Assembly (NCBI GenBank): GCA_022813865.1
Contig: JALDZX010000074.1
Span: forward strand, 1 to 64,000
Source: Xylographa opegraphella
Taxonomy: Eukaryota
Direction: 5' to 3'
Length of the DNA: 64,000 nt
Shown piece after piece: positions 1-12,444 of the stretch (the first letter of the stretch is position 1; the number at the start of each line of letters is the position of its first letter). A program made the position numbers and the translations under genes. A model generated the notes under the pieces. It did not search any database and was not told the DNA's origin. It was given only the letters and a program-made list of their open reading frames with translations.

Positions 1-137
1 TCAACCATCTTCACTATCTCAACCATCTTCACTATCTCAACCATCTTCACTATCTCAACCATCTCAACCATCTTCGCCATTTCAACTATCTTCACATTTC
101 TACCATTTCTATCATTTCTTGCCATATTCGCCATTTC
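1..137. repeat. Degenerating 18-bp/9-bp tandem repeat (TCAACCATCTTCACTATC)n, truncated by the window edge
   Basis: Three near-perfect 18-mers at 1-54 decay into 9-bp variants of (C/T)CATNTCN. Confidence 0.85.
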
Positions 138-1079
138 CTGCTGTCTATATCTATCAAATACCCGCGATCGAATTATTTACAGACATGAAATCTTCTGGGG
201 TTATACCAAGGCACGCGCAGGATCTATTTTGTCACTCAAAGGTTTGAGTAAAGAGGGGGGACCTTAAGGCTTACAGTGAAGGAGAAACAGTAAGAACCAT
301 CTTTGTTTCCGTGTTATGATTTAAGCTAATAGTCTCTAAGCATTGATAGGGACCATCAATTCAGATACCATATAATGGGATTATTTAACTTACCAGCCAT
401 ATCATGCTTCCTATGGGGATAAATAAAGAGGGTGTATCTTGAGGCTTGTAATCATTGAGACCACGGTAAGAATCTCGGAGATTCCACCACCATTGCCTCA
501 TACTAATCAGACACAGAGCTAGACTTACCTATCCAGATCCTCTGCCACAACTCATGAGGCGATTTTCCAAGTTCTATAGTGCTCTCTCACTTATCTGTTC
601 ATCTCAAGGTAGTAATCTGACGATGGGATGAAAGCGAGTATGGATGGGTCTCATGGTCTCTGTTATACTGCGAATCTATTTCGATTCTCAGAATACAATG
701 TCACAAAGGGGTCCATTTGATAGAGTGCATCAGTGTTTACTGTGGCTATAAAGATACATAGTTGCTCAACAATCATAGCCTAAGACATGTTTACATCTAA
801 GAAATGCAAAATATGCCATTGAGAACCATATGTATTCTATTGTTGCACAAGAAAGTAGGATGACAGGGCTCCTTCCCGATTGGGACATGATATCAACATC
901 CCGGACTTGCAGTCATAAGCTTGACACCATCCGACCATTATCTAGAATCGTAAACATATTTCATTACCTGAGAATCGCTTCGTCTTCTGTTATTTTTACA
1001 GCGAGTTACAGCTATGACTAGACAGATACCCTCTCGTGTTGCACCTTCTACTGAATCTACTACTTGTCGTACCAGCAAT

Positions 1080-2739
1080 ATGACTTCGCACGATATATCA
1101 TCAGCGACGGCTGCCACCAGCATCAAACCCGAAGCTTACACGCAGCCCTTCCTCAGCTTCATTTCCGAAAATCCCACGGTCTTTCACACTGTGGATTACT
1201 TCTCCAAGCAGCTCTCCTCCCACGGATTCACCAAGCTTTCTGAGCGCGACCTCTGGACAGATAAATTAGAAAAAGGTGGGAAATATTTCTATGACCGCAA
1301 CGGTAGCGGCCTGATTGCATTCACAATTGGTAGCGGATACAAATCTGGCAATGGTGTAGCTATCATTGCCAGTCACATCGATGCTTTGTCTGCAAGACTT
1401 AAGCCAGTATCTACCAAATCTACCAAGGCCGGGTACGTACAGCTGGGCGTTGCTCCGTATGCAGGCGCCCTGAATCAGACGTGGATAGACCGAGACTTGG
1501 GTATAGGCGGCCGAGTATTAGTGAAGGATGAAAAGAGTGGGAAGATCTCGACCAAGCTCGTGAAACTGGACTGGCCGATTGCGCGCATACCGAGTCTTGC
1601 ACCACATTTCGGTATTGCAGCGGAGGGACAAGCAAACAAGGAGACCCGTATGGTACCAATAGTTGGGCTGGACAACGCAGACATCGGCGAGAGTAAGGTT
1701 GTCCAAGAAGAGGGGCGAGGAAGCGTACTGGGAGGGGCAGGTACATTCGTTTCTACGCAGCCGGCAAGATTGGTTAAAGCCATCGCCGGGGAGATGGGTA
1801 TCCAGAACTGTAAGACGCCTCTCACCACGAACCCAGTCGTGTAAATTGCTTACGCTATTATCAGATGCAAACATCGTCAACTGGGAATTGGAGATCTTCG
1901 ATACGCAACCTGCTCAGTTAGGTGGCCTCGACAAAGAGTTCATTTTTGCTGGTCGTATAGACGACAAATTGTGCTCCTTCTCTGCCATCGAAGCCCTTCT
2001 CGCTTCGTCATCTGAGTCTTCTTCTGCAACTGGAGGTGGAAGCTCGGACGATAGCGGCATCGTCAAAATGGTAGGCCTCTTCGACGATGAAGAGGTTGGT
2101 TCTCTCCTCCGACAAGGTGCGCATAGCAACTTCTTGCCAAGTACAATCGAGCGGATCTGCGAAGCGTTCGCGGGCGATAAGTGTGGTGCAAACCTACTGT
2201 CACAGACCTATGCGAACAGCTTCTTGATATCTGCCGATGTGACGCATGCAGTCAATCCAAACTACATGGATGTCTATCTTGAGGACCACTCTCCTCGACT
2301 GAATGTCGGCATCACGGTGGCGGCGGACAGTAACGCACATATGACCACAGGCAAGTCTACCTTGTTCGTTTCCTATCACGGCAGACTACTAATCCTTCTA
2401 GATGGCGTGTCCACGGCTATCCTACAAAGAATTGCAGAGAAGTCGTCATCGCTCCTCCAAGTCTTCCAAATTCGCAACGACAGCCGGAGCGGAGGGACAG
2501 TGGGGCCTATGCTATCCGCGATGACTGGTATTCGTGCTATCGATGCTGGATTGCCTCAGTTGAGCATGCATTCGATAAGGGCGACGACGGGATCCTTGGA
2601 TCCAGGTAAGCAGATTATTGAATGCGCTATCTTGCTAGCATGGGCTGTGATGCTAATTTGTTTTGCTTTAGGACTGGGCGTAAAGCTGTTCGCCGGATTC
2701 TTTGATCACTTCGAGGATGTCGACTCAGAGTTCATATAG
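1080..2739 (+). CDS. M18 family aspartyl/vacuolar aminopeptidase (Ape1/Lap4- or Ape4-like), 4 exons
   Basis: Motifs ASHIDAL, WIDRDLGIGGRV, RIDDKLCS, FDDEEVGS, ISADVTHAVNPN, LSMHSIR. Introns 1810-1864, 2351-2401 (GC-AG) and 2606-2671 restore the frame. An alternative start lies at 1014. Confidence 0.93.
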
Positions 2740-3628
2740 AGATTTGAAATGATTGGCCTACGAAGTCATGGGACAGATCTTATAGAGATTCAGGGATCGA
2801 TATTGTATATAGCATAGACCCAGGACGTACGACACTGTACCCATATCACCATGATCATTTTGTGCCTCAATAGTATCTTGACCCGTGGGTGACAGCAGCC
2901 CGATATGCTGAATTGTGCTTACAAGAGAACGCCCTGTGGATGTTGCAACCGGGTCCAAGAAGTAGCTGAGCTGGCATCGGTGACTTTAGCCGGTATCTAC
3001 TGTGTAGCTCAGGCACTGTTGCACCCGCAACTCCGCAGTGATAATCCGATAAACGAACTCCGCTGCCGGCGTTCCACTGTAGGCGGGAACGCGTGAGGAT
3101 GTAGGATACCGCACTGAGGGCGATGCCCGCAAATTTGAGAAAAGAGAATGAGCATTGTTCGTTAGGCCTATGCTGGTGCCTGTGACCCTAGATATTAAGG
3201 TGACTCATTTCGCGTAGAGTGCGCAAAGGACGTTGCGGAGTACTCTATGAGGCACTCCGTATACGAAAGGACTTTCCTAACTCGGCAATCGGCTCGCGCC
3301 TCTGGAGCTTACCTACGAGCTTAAGATCCTAGCGTCCTGACGTCGGATTTAGAGCGCTAACGGCGAAAAATACCTGGGGCATTGAGTCATTGACAACAAA
3401 AAAGCCCATCTTTAGGGCAAGTAGATTAGTAATGCATGCGTTCCGATCAGTTGTTTGCCTCTTATGCTTTTCTTCTCGTACTCCCCCTTCCCATTCCCAT
3501 TGCTCTCGTTGTAGTCTCGAGTAGACATTCCTTTCGCTCGAGTTTCTCAATCTGTATTCGTCTGTTTGCTGCATTGCAAGCATAAATAACTCGAAGTCGA
3601 TTTGACATCAATTTCGAGTGAACATTCA

Positions 3629-6600
3629 ATGCAGGCTGCGGAACAATTCAGCAATGGCGCTCACCAGCATGGCGTCAATCATGATCCCGCTAAGGTCGCT
3701 GAGGAGGACTTCCATCGACCACTCTCCGTCATCTCAAGCTCTTCGACCCCGGAGAACGAAAAGACCGTCTCTAACACTCCAAACTACACCCCAAACTATG
3801 CCCCAACCCGTCCAGCACGTCCGACCCGAACGGAGACGGGTGTCTCGGTCAAGCAGGCGGAGGCGGATTTCGCAGAGTTAAGTAGGGAATTGTCCGGAAT
3901 TAGCCAGAATAGCGCGAGGCTGGAAAGAAGCCGAAGCAAGAGAAGTACGAATGGCAAGGAAATGGATGTGGAAAAAGTGGAGACAAGGGCGAGTCAAAGA
4001 TTCAATCTGGAGGAAACGCTGAGAGGGAACCGGGAAATGGACATGGAGGTAGGTATTCGGACCAAAAGGATTGGAGTCCTGTGGGAAGATCTCAAAGTCT
4101 GTGGTATTGGAGGAGTGCGGAACTTCGTCAAGACTTTCCCGGACTCCTTCGTCAGTTTCTTCAACGTTCCAGGAACGATTATGCACATGCTAGGCGTTGG
4201 AAAGAAGGGAAAAGAGTTCGACATCCTCAAGGGATTCAGAGGCATCGCTCGACCTGGAGAGATGGTACTTGTGCTTGGGAAACCCTCTTCAGGATGCACA
4301 ACTTTTCTCAAGGTGATCTCCAACCAGCGTTTTGGCTACACTAGGGTCGAAGGTGACGTCCGGTATGGCCCATATGATGCCCAAACCTTTGCGAAAAGAT
4401 ATCGTGGTGAAGCAGTCTATAATCAAGAGGACGACGTACATCATCCCTCTCTGACCGTTGGTCAAACACTCGGTTTCGCACTGGATACAAAAACTCCAGG
4501 GAAACGACCAGGAGGCATGTCAAAGAAAGACTTCAAGCAGAGAGTCATCGAATTACTACTCAAGATGTTCAACATTGAACACACCCTGAACACAGTGGTT
4601 GGAAACCAGTTCATGCGGGGCGTATCTGGTGGTGAACGAAAGCGTGTCTCCATCGCAGAAATGATGATTACAGGGTCATGTGTTTGCGCATGGGACAATT
4701 CAACCCGTGGGTTGGATGCTTCTACTGCTTTGGATTATGCCAAGTCATTGAGGATCATGACAAATATATACAAAACTACAACCTTCGTTTCCTTGTACCA
4801 GGCCAGTGAAAGTATTTACAGCCAGTTTGACTCCGTCATGGTAATAGACGCTGGCCGTCAGGTGTTCTATGGCCCTGCCAACGAGGCTCGAGGATATTTC
4901 GAAGGTCTCGGTTTCAAGGAGAAACCTCGACAAACAACGCCCGACTACCTAACCGGCTGCACCGATCCGTTTGAGCGAGAATACAAACCTGGGATGGAAG
5001 CACATGCGCCCCATGATTCCGAGTCGCTTGCTCAAGCTTTCACTGACTCTATTTTCGCAAAGCGACTGTCTGATGATATGACCGCATACCGTCAGCAACT
5101 GGAAACCGAGAAGGAAGTTTATCAAGACTTCGAAATTGCCAACTACGAAGCAAAACGAAAGCACACTCCAAAGTCAAGTGTATATAGCGCTCCATTCCAC
5201 ATTCAAATATGGTCCTTGATGCAGCGCCAGTTTCTGATCAAGTGGCAAGATAAGTTCTCTTTAGTGGTCTCTTGGATCACTTCTATGACGATTGCCATTC
5301 TTCTGGCGACAGTTTGGTTGAATCTACCACTCACTTCCGCAGGCGCTTTCACCAGAGGCGGATTGCTGTTCATTTCGTTGCTTTTCAACGCTTTTCAAGC
5401 GTTTGGAGAGCTTGCTGGCAAGTCGAACGCATTGTTCGGGCGAGAAGCAGCACTGACTTCTTTCTAGGTTGCTTACTTGGTCGGCCAATTGTAAACAAAC
5501 ATCGTGCCTACACTTTCCACCGCCCGTCTGCACTTTGGCTTGCCCAGATTTTCGTTGACGTTGCCTTTGCAGCGACCCAAATCCTCGTTTTCAGCATCGT
5601 TGTCTATTTTGCATGTGGTTTGGTTCGCGATGCTGGCGCATTTTTTACTTTCTACTTGGTAATCGTTACTACTTACCTTGCCATGACCCTGTTTTTCCGC
5701 ACGGTAGCATGTCTTTGCAGTTCCTTTGATGTGAGTCAATTCAATTACAGCAACACGTCGATACTTTTGATGTATAGCCGCTCACTCTTAAGGACAGGTT
5801 GCGCTCAAGTCTGCAGTTGTAATCATAACACTCTTTGTTTTGACATCAGGGTATCTCATCCAATACGCTAAAGAGCAAGTATGGCTTCGGTGGATTTTTT
5901 ATATCAGTAAGTTCTTTCACCGGCTCACTCGAGGATCTTTACTGAATCAATAATCGGCAGATGCATTGGGTCTTGGGTTCTCAACGCTTATGATGAATGA
6001 ATTCCAGCGGATTTCCCTTACATGTATAGACTCAAACTTGGTACCAACCGGCCCAGGTTATACAGATATACGATATCAAGCTTGTACGCTAGCGGGTGGT
6101 GCTGCAGGATCTGCTGTAATACCTGGACATGCTTACCTTAGTGATACATTCCAATACGATCCGGGACAATTGTGGAGAAATTGGGGTATTTCTTAATACT
6201 CTTATCGATAATTGTTAGCTTATTCGTTTCTAGGTATCATTGTTGTGCTCATTTTACTTTTCCTTTTCTTGAATGTTGTTCTTGGGGAGAAGATAAATTG
6301 GGGTGCTGGTGGCAGAACTGTAACGTTCTATGCGAAGGAAAACGCAGAACGCAGGCGGCTCAATCAAGAATTGATGAAGAAGAGAGAAGCTCGACGTAAC
6401 CAGGGTGGGGAAGAAGGCTCTGAGTTAAATATCACTTCGAAGGCCGTCCTCACCTGGGAGAACCTTACTTATGATGTTCCTGTGCCTAGCGGTCAATTGC
6501 GATTGCTTAAAGACATCTTCGGGTTTGTAAGGCCCGGTCAGCTCACAGCTTTGATGGGTGCTTCTGGTGCTGGAAAAACAACTCTACTGGATGTGTTGGC

Positions 6601-8494
6601 CTCGCGAAAGAATGTTGGTGTCATTGGTGGTGACGTTTTGGTTGATGGCATAGCTCCCGGCACTGCTTTCCAGCGAGGGACAAGCTATGCAGAACAGCTT
6701 GATGTTCATGAGAGTACACAGACAGTCCGGGAAGCTTTACGATTTTCCGCCACTCTTCGACAACCTTACGAGGTATCTAATGAGGAGAAGTTTAGTTACG
6801 TCGAAGAAGTCATTTCTTTATTGGAGATGGAAGATATCGCTGATGCTATCATCGGAGATCCCGACAGTGGTCTGGCCGTTGAGCAGCGAAAACGAGTAAC
6901 AATAGGAGTTGAGCTTGCTGCCAAACCTGAACTACTTTTGTTCCTGGATGAACCGACGTCAGGTTTAGACTCGCAGTCTGCATTTAATATTGTGCGCTTC
7001 CTACAGAAGTTGTCCGCAGCGGGTCAGTGCATCCTGTGTACCATCCATCAACCGAACTCCGCGCTGTTCGAGAACTTTGACCGGTTACTTCTTCTGCAGA
7101 AGGGCGGCGAAACGGTTTACTTCGGCGAAATTGGCAAGGACGCTCATGTTCTGCTCGATTACTTCCGTAGAAATGGCGCAGACTGTCCAAGTGACGCGAA
7201 CCCAGCCGAGTGGATGCTCGACGCTATTGGGGCTGGCAATGCGCCCCGAATTGGAGATAGAGACTGGGGAGAGATATGGCGAAGCTCTCCAGAATTGGCC
7301 AATACCAAGGAAGAGATCATCAAAATTAAGGAACAGCGCATCAAAGTAGCGGGAGCACACCGAAAAACTGACGAGAAAGAATATGCCACTCCTCTTTGGC
7401 ATCAGATCAAAGTTGTACAAAACAGAACACATTTGGCGTTCTGGCGGTCTCCGAACTATGGCTTCACAAGGTTGTTCAACCATGTAGCTCTTTCTCTCAT
7501 CACCGGGTTTGCATACTTCCAGCTGGACAATTCCCGATCGTCTTTGCAGTATCGGATCTTCGTTATATTCCAGGCGACTGTTCTTCCCGCCCTTATCCTC
7601 GCTCAAGTTGAACCAAAATACGATTTGTCAAGATTGATCTTTTACCGGGAATCTGCCGCCAAGGCGTATAAACAACTACCATTTACCCTTGGGCTCGTAC
7701 TGGCGGAGATGCCTTATAGTTTGCTCTGCGCTGTTGGTTTCTTCCTACCGCTCTACTACATCCCTGGCTTCCAACCAGCGTCCGATCGCGCTGGCTATCA
7801 ATTCCTCATCATACTCATCACGGAGCTCTTCGCCGTCACACTCGGTCAGATGATTTCTGCCTTGACGCCTTCGTCGTTCATCGCCATGCTTATGAATCCT
7901 TTTGTGATCATCATCTTTGCTCTATTCTGTGGTGTTACCATCCCACAGCCTCAGATTCCAAAGTTCTGGCGTGCGTGGTTGTACCGTAAGTTCATACCTT
8001 ATTGCATCAATTCTCTTGCCTTGTCTCTATTCTGATTTCGTATTTTTTTCACATAAACACGCTATGAAGCAAAAACTGACTGGGCCAGAACTCGACCCCT
8101 GGACCCGTCTAATTGGAGGCATGGTTGTCACCGAGCTTGAAGGCCGCCCGGTCGTCTGCCAGCCTGGCGAATTCAATACATTCAGTGCTCCACCAGGGCA
8201 AACCTGTGGTGCATATATGCACAACTTCTTCGCCGCGGGCGGAGCGGGCTATATCCTCGACAATGCCACGAGCGCATGCCAATACTGCGCGTATAGCGTC
8301 GGTAACCAGTTCTACGAGCCTCTAGGTTTCGATTTCGCAAACAGATGGCGAGATCTAGGTAAGCAGTTCAAGGTTCTGCGACGATAGATGCTAGTGGATG
8401 CTGATTATTGTTAGGGATTCTCGCCGCGTTCATCGGGTCGAACCTGATATTCTTATTCTTGGGCAGTCGGTTTTTGAACTTTAACAGGAGATGA
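3629..8494 (+). CDS. Full-size PDR/ABCG multidrug ABC transporter (NBD-TMD)2
   Basis: NBD1 has GKPSSGCTT, VSGGERKRVSIAE and WDNSTRGLD; NBD2 has GASGAGKTT, LAVEQRKR and LFLDEPTSGLD. Introns 5418-5467 (GC-AG), 5731-5797, 5907-5960, 6186-6233, 7986-8088 and 8359-8414. Ends LNFNRR-TGA. Confidence 0.96.
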
Positions 8495-9109
8495 GCATTT
8501 GGTAGAGAAGTGTTTGAGAATTCTGCTGATTCGGGAACGTTGAGCGGTATGTGGTTGGTTTGTTTTATGTCTATAAAAAGCTGCAGATACGGTATTTGAG
8601 AGAGGATGAACTGCATATACCAGCGAACGTCATTGCATGGTGGAATTTCATTGTGGTGGGTGGCTTGTTCAGTGACGGAAGAAGTTTAGAAGCTCGATTC
8701 CACGAAGCTTTGGATTGAATGCATCTCAAGCTTATATTGTGACATGTTCTATGTAGCTGTAACTTACAAAGCAGGAAATTTTAATGGCGCGGCCGTCGTT
8801 CACCTCACCTAGTGGGAGGTCCCTTACCATATTTGTACTGATTTGCAATGCATCAGTACCTGAAGGCGTCTAGATTGCGTATCTTCAACATGGCCGCTAG
8901 AATTCACATTGGTATTCAGATGAAACCCATTCACATGAGGCAGCCCTGAACAAGATGGATCTTTTCCAAACCCCGTTTCTATCTTTGAGAAGCTATATGC
9001 AGAGCATAGCCCGTCAGACATATTATTTTAGGATGGACCTTGGATTATTCCAGTGCCGCTTCGGTGTCTTTTATGGAACCGTTCCCTCCGCCCATGCACA
9101 TACCATGTC

Positions 9110-9982
9110 TCATGAGCCCGCGCCCCCACCCGCAACCAGCTCCAAGAACGCATTCTTCCCCATCTCCCCCACCCGCTCCTCCCTCCTCTTCGCCCCCACG
9201 ACCCCCGCCTTCCGCGCCTCCCTCCGTGCCTCCTCGCCCTTCACCTGCGCCGCCCGGACCGCATTGAACAGCTTGACCACTCCCCGCTGCGCAGTCTTCC
9301 TCAGGCGCCGTTCCTGTTCAAGTATCTCCGCCGCAGTAGCCCCGCTACCTTCTCCACCGCCTTGTTCATCGATCCCCCCGACGCCTGCGCTCGAGCTCCT
9401 CGCCCGGTCGCCGAGAACGACATCCCGCACGCGCCCTTTGTCGGATAGGTTCTTCTTCTCCTCTCGGAGGGCTTTGCGGGCTTTCGTCTCGAGCTTCCCA
9501 TCGGCTAGGGCGTGCGAGGCTTCTTTGGCGGTGGCGGAGCGGGCGAGGACGGGGTCGGAGCGCGAGGAGGCGGGGAGCTTGGTCGCGAGGATCGTGCTGA
9601 GGGAGGTGCTGAAGACGGAGGGGTCTTTGCGCTTGGGAAGTGGGCGGGCGGTGGAGTTTGTGGGCTCGGAATCGGAGGCGGAGGTGTCGGGGTCTGAGTT
9701 GTCTGAGTTGGATGCGGAGTCGTGGGACGAGTTGTCGTCTGCTTTCGACGCTTTTTTGGCGGAGGAGACGCGCTCTTGGGGAGCAGTTGCGGACTCGGGT
9801 ATGGCTATGTCTTCGTCTGATTCAGGCTCCGAGTCTGCGAGGTCGACCGGGTCAAACTCGTCGGCGGATGGCGAGGAGGAGCTGGCATAGTCGGTCTGCT
9901 TGCGGAATTTCTTCTTGGGCCGCGAGGTGCGGCTTCTGGGAGGGTCGTCGAGCTTGCGCTTCTTTGAGATAGTGGGCGCCAT
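9110..9982 (-). CDS. RRP15: rRNA-processing protein Rrp15
   Basis: Acidic N-terminus, DPVLARS, ERRLRKTAQRGVVKLFNAVRAAQ, C-terminal FLELV. Confidence 0.88.
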   Translation of the reverse strand: MAPTISKKRKLDDPPRSRTSRPKKKFRKQTDYASSSSPSADEFDPVDLADSEPESDEDIAIPESATAPQERVSSAKKASKADDNSSHDSASNSDNSDPDTSASDSEPTNSTARPLPKRKDPSVFSTSLSTILATKLPASSRSDPVLARSATAKEASHALADGKLETKARKALREEKKNLSDKGRVRDVVLGDRARSSSAGVGGIDEQGGGEGSGATAAEILEQERRLRKTAQRGVVKLFNAVRAAQVKGEEARREARKAGVVGAKRREERVGEMGKNAFLELVAGGGAGS

Positions 9983-10273
9983 GGGTCAGTGGAGGAAGGA
10001 GGGACCTCTCAATGGTACGATTTTCAGTCACAAGTGGATATCGAGTAATTACGTATGAAAACGATACGAGTGCGGGTGGGAATTATTTTTTGTGGAAATT
10101 CAAAGTCTGGCTGTGATTGGCTGGACAGAACGACATCCCACTTTGACGGCGACGCCCCTCTGAACTCCGTGTCCAGAGTAGCGTCGGTTTCAACAAAAAG
10201 AACATGAACACCATACTTTCATAGCCTCTAACGACACGAATCCTCATTCCCAGAGCCTCGCATCTTCGCTATT

Positions 10274-11899
10274 ATGGTCCTTCAAGATCTGGGACGGCGG
10301 ATCAACGCCGCCGTCTCGGACCTGACCCGGTCGGCGAATATTGATGAGAAGGTAGGAACCCTGACTGCAATTCTTCCTCCATTTCTAATGTTAGCCTAGG
10401 CCTTCGATGAGATGCTAAAAGAGATATGCTCCGCCCTCATATCCGCAGACGTCAACGTCCGGCTTGTCAGCAACCTCCGCAAATCCATCAAAACCGCGGT
10501 CAACTTCACCGCACTACCTCCTCACACCAATAAGAAACGCATTATCCAGAAAGCGGTGTTCGACCACCTCGTCGCGCTCGTCGATCCTCATGCGGAGCCC
10601 TTCAAGCCGAAGAAGGGAAAGCCGAATGTCATCATGTTCGTTGGGCTCCAGGGAGCAGGAAAGACTACAACGTGCACCAAGCTCGCACGACATTACCAGG
10701 CGCGGGGCTTCAAGTCGTGTCTTGTCTGCGCAGATACCTTCCGAGCTGGCGCCTTTGACCAGCTCAAGCAAAATGCGACGAGAGCCAAGATTCCCTTTTA
10801 CGGCTCCCTTACGCAGACGGACCCGGCAATCGTCGCTGCCGAGGGAGTATCCCGCTTCAAGAAAGAGCGCTTCGAGATCATTATAGTCGACACCTCGGGT
10901 CGCCACCGACAGGAAGCCGATCTCTTCAACGAAATGGTTCAAATCCAAAACGCGGTCCAGCCTGACCAGACCATCATGGTCCTTGACGCCACCATTGGCC
11001 AGCAAGCCGAAGCTCAAAGTAAAGCGTTCAAAGAAACCGCCGACTATGGCGCCATCATTATCACGAAAACCGACGGCCATGCCTCCGGTGGTGGTGCTAT
11101 CTCCGCCGTTGCAGCCACCCATACCCCTATCGTCTTCATCGGCACAGGCGAGCACATGCTGGACCTTGAGCGGTTCGCTCCGAAAGCGTTCGTCAGTCGT
11201 CTGCTCGGGATGGGCGATATGCAAGGGCTCGTCGAACACGTGCAGAGCCTCAAGCTCGACCAAAAAGACACGATGAAGCACATCCAGGAGGGGATCTTCA
11301 CCGTGCGCGACCTTCGCGACCAACTCCAGAACATCATGAAGATGGGCCCCTTGTCCAAGATGGCCGGCATGATCCCCGGGCTCGGGCAGATGATGAACGG
11401 GATGGACGACAACGAGGGGGCGGAGAAGATGAAGCGGATGATCTACATCTGCGACTCGATGAACGAGAAGGAGCTCGACTCGGACGGCAAGATCTTCATG
11501 GCGCAGCCGAGCCGGATGACGCGGGTGGCGGGGGGCAGCGGCACGAGCGTGCGCGAGGTGGAGGACCTGCTGAGCCAGCAGCGCATGATGGCGGGCATGG
11601 CGAAGCAGATGGGGGGCATGCAGAAGAGTATGAAGGGGGCGCAGGGGGCGATGGGCGGCGGCAACCGGCAGCAGCAGATGGCGGCGATGCAGAAGCGCAT
11701 GCAGAGCCTCGGCGGCGGGGCGGGCGGAGCGGCGGGTGGGCCGGGCGGCATGCCGGACATGGGGGCGCTGATGAAGATGATGGGCGGGGGCGGCGGGGCG
11801 GGGATGCCGGATATGCAGAGCATGATGAAGTCGCTGGGTGGGATGATGGGCGGGGGTGGGGCGGGAGGTGGAGGGGGCAGAGGGCGGGGTGGACGGTGA
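10274..11899 (+). CDS. SRP54: Signal recognition particle 54 kDa subunit
   Basis: First exon [10 protein letters not shown], intron 10352-10399; [27 protein letters not shown]; Met/Gly-rich M domain. Confidence 0.98.
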
Positions 11900-12435
11900 G
11901 GACGACGCCGTGCTGCGGGGAGAGGGAGGGGTTGGATTGTCGTTTTGGCATAGCGGGGGGCGTTTTGGGGCCGGGGGGGTCGGCAACGGGGCCGATGTGG
12001 ATGTATAAGGGCAATGTCGGTGGCGGGACCGACGTCCCACCGGTCATGGATGCGGTGTATGTGGTCGACGGGCGGCAATGCTGGGTAGCTGAATCACAGG
12101 CAAGGAGCCAAGCATGAAGCCGTGCGCACGCATCCCCTCCACCTTGGCGTTGCATCTTCGCCGTGCATGTCCCCATCATCGGGCATGCAGTTACTGTGGT
12201 ACTCCCGGGCTCACAAGAGACACCGGACACGAAGTCTGGCCCCGCCGCGTCTCCATCGATTGGCACAGCGAGTCGAGAGTTTCGCGTCGAGAGTGCACTA
12301 TTCTGTGGTCCACAGCCGAAGTCTTCAGGAGCGTCGTGGGAAGTTTAATAATCTACCTACTCCAATCCACGCGAGCGAGCATGTGGGACCCCAGCCAACC
12401 AAAAAGATTAGATCCTTCATCCGGAGGAGCACTCG

Positions 12436-12444
12436 ATCAGATAA
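12436..12444 (+). promoter_or_regulatory. SreA-type GATA element ATCAGATAA upstream of hapX
   Basis: Exact match to the ATCWGATAA consensus about 1.07 kb upstream of the first in-frame hapX ATG; hapX is an established SreA target in Aspergillus. Confidence 0.55.

Noticed and set aside
4270..4305. Degenerate Walker A (GKPSSGC) and NBD2 signature (LAVEQ) as inactivating lesions
   Set aside because: Asymmetric NBDs are the normal state of fungal PDR transporters
8955..9890. 311-aa plus-strand ORF
   Set aside because: Antisense shadow of RRP15
10514..12266. Long antisense ORFs (508, 256 and 211 aa) over SRP54
   Set aside because: Shadow ORFs caused by high GC3 codon bias; low-complexity H/R/P translations
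12362..12381. Bipartite CBC:HapX motif CSAAT-N12-RWT at hapX, YAH1 and CFD1 CCAAT boxes
   Set aside because: The boxes I checked lack RWT at the required spacing
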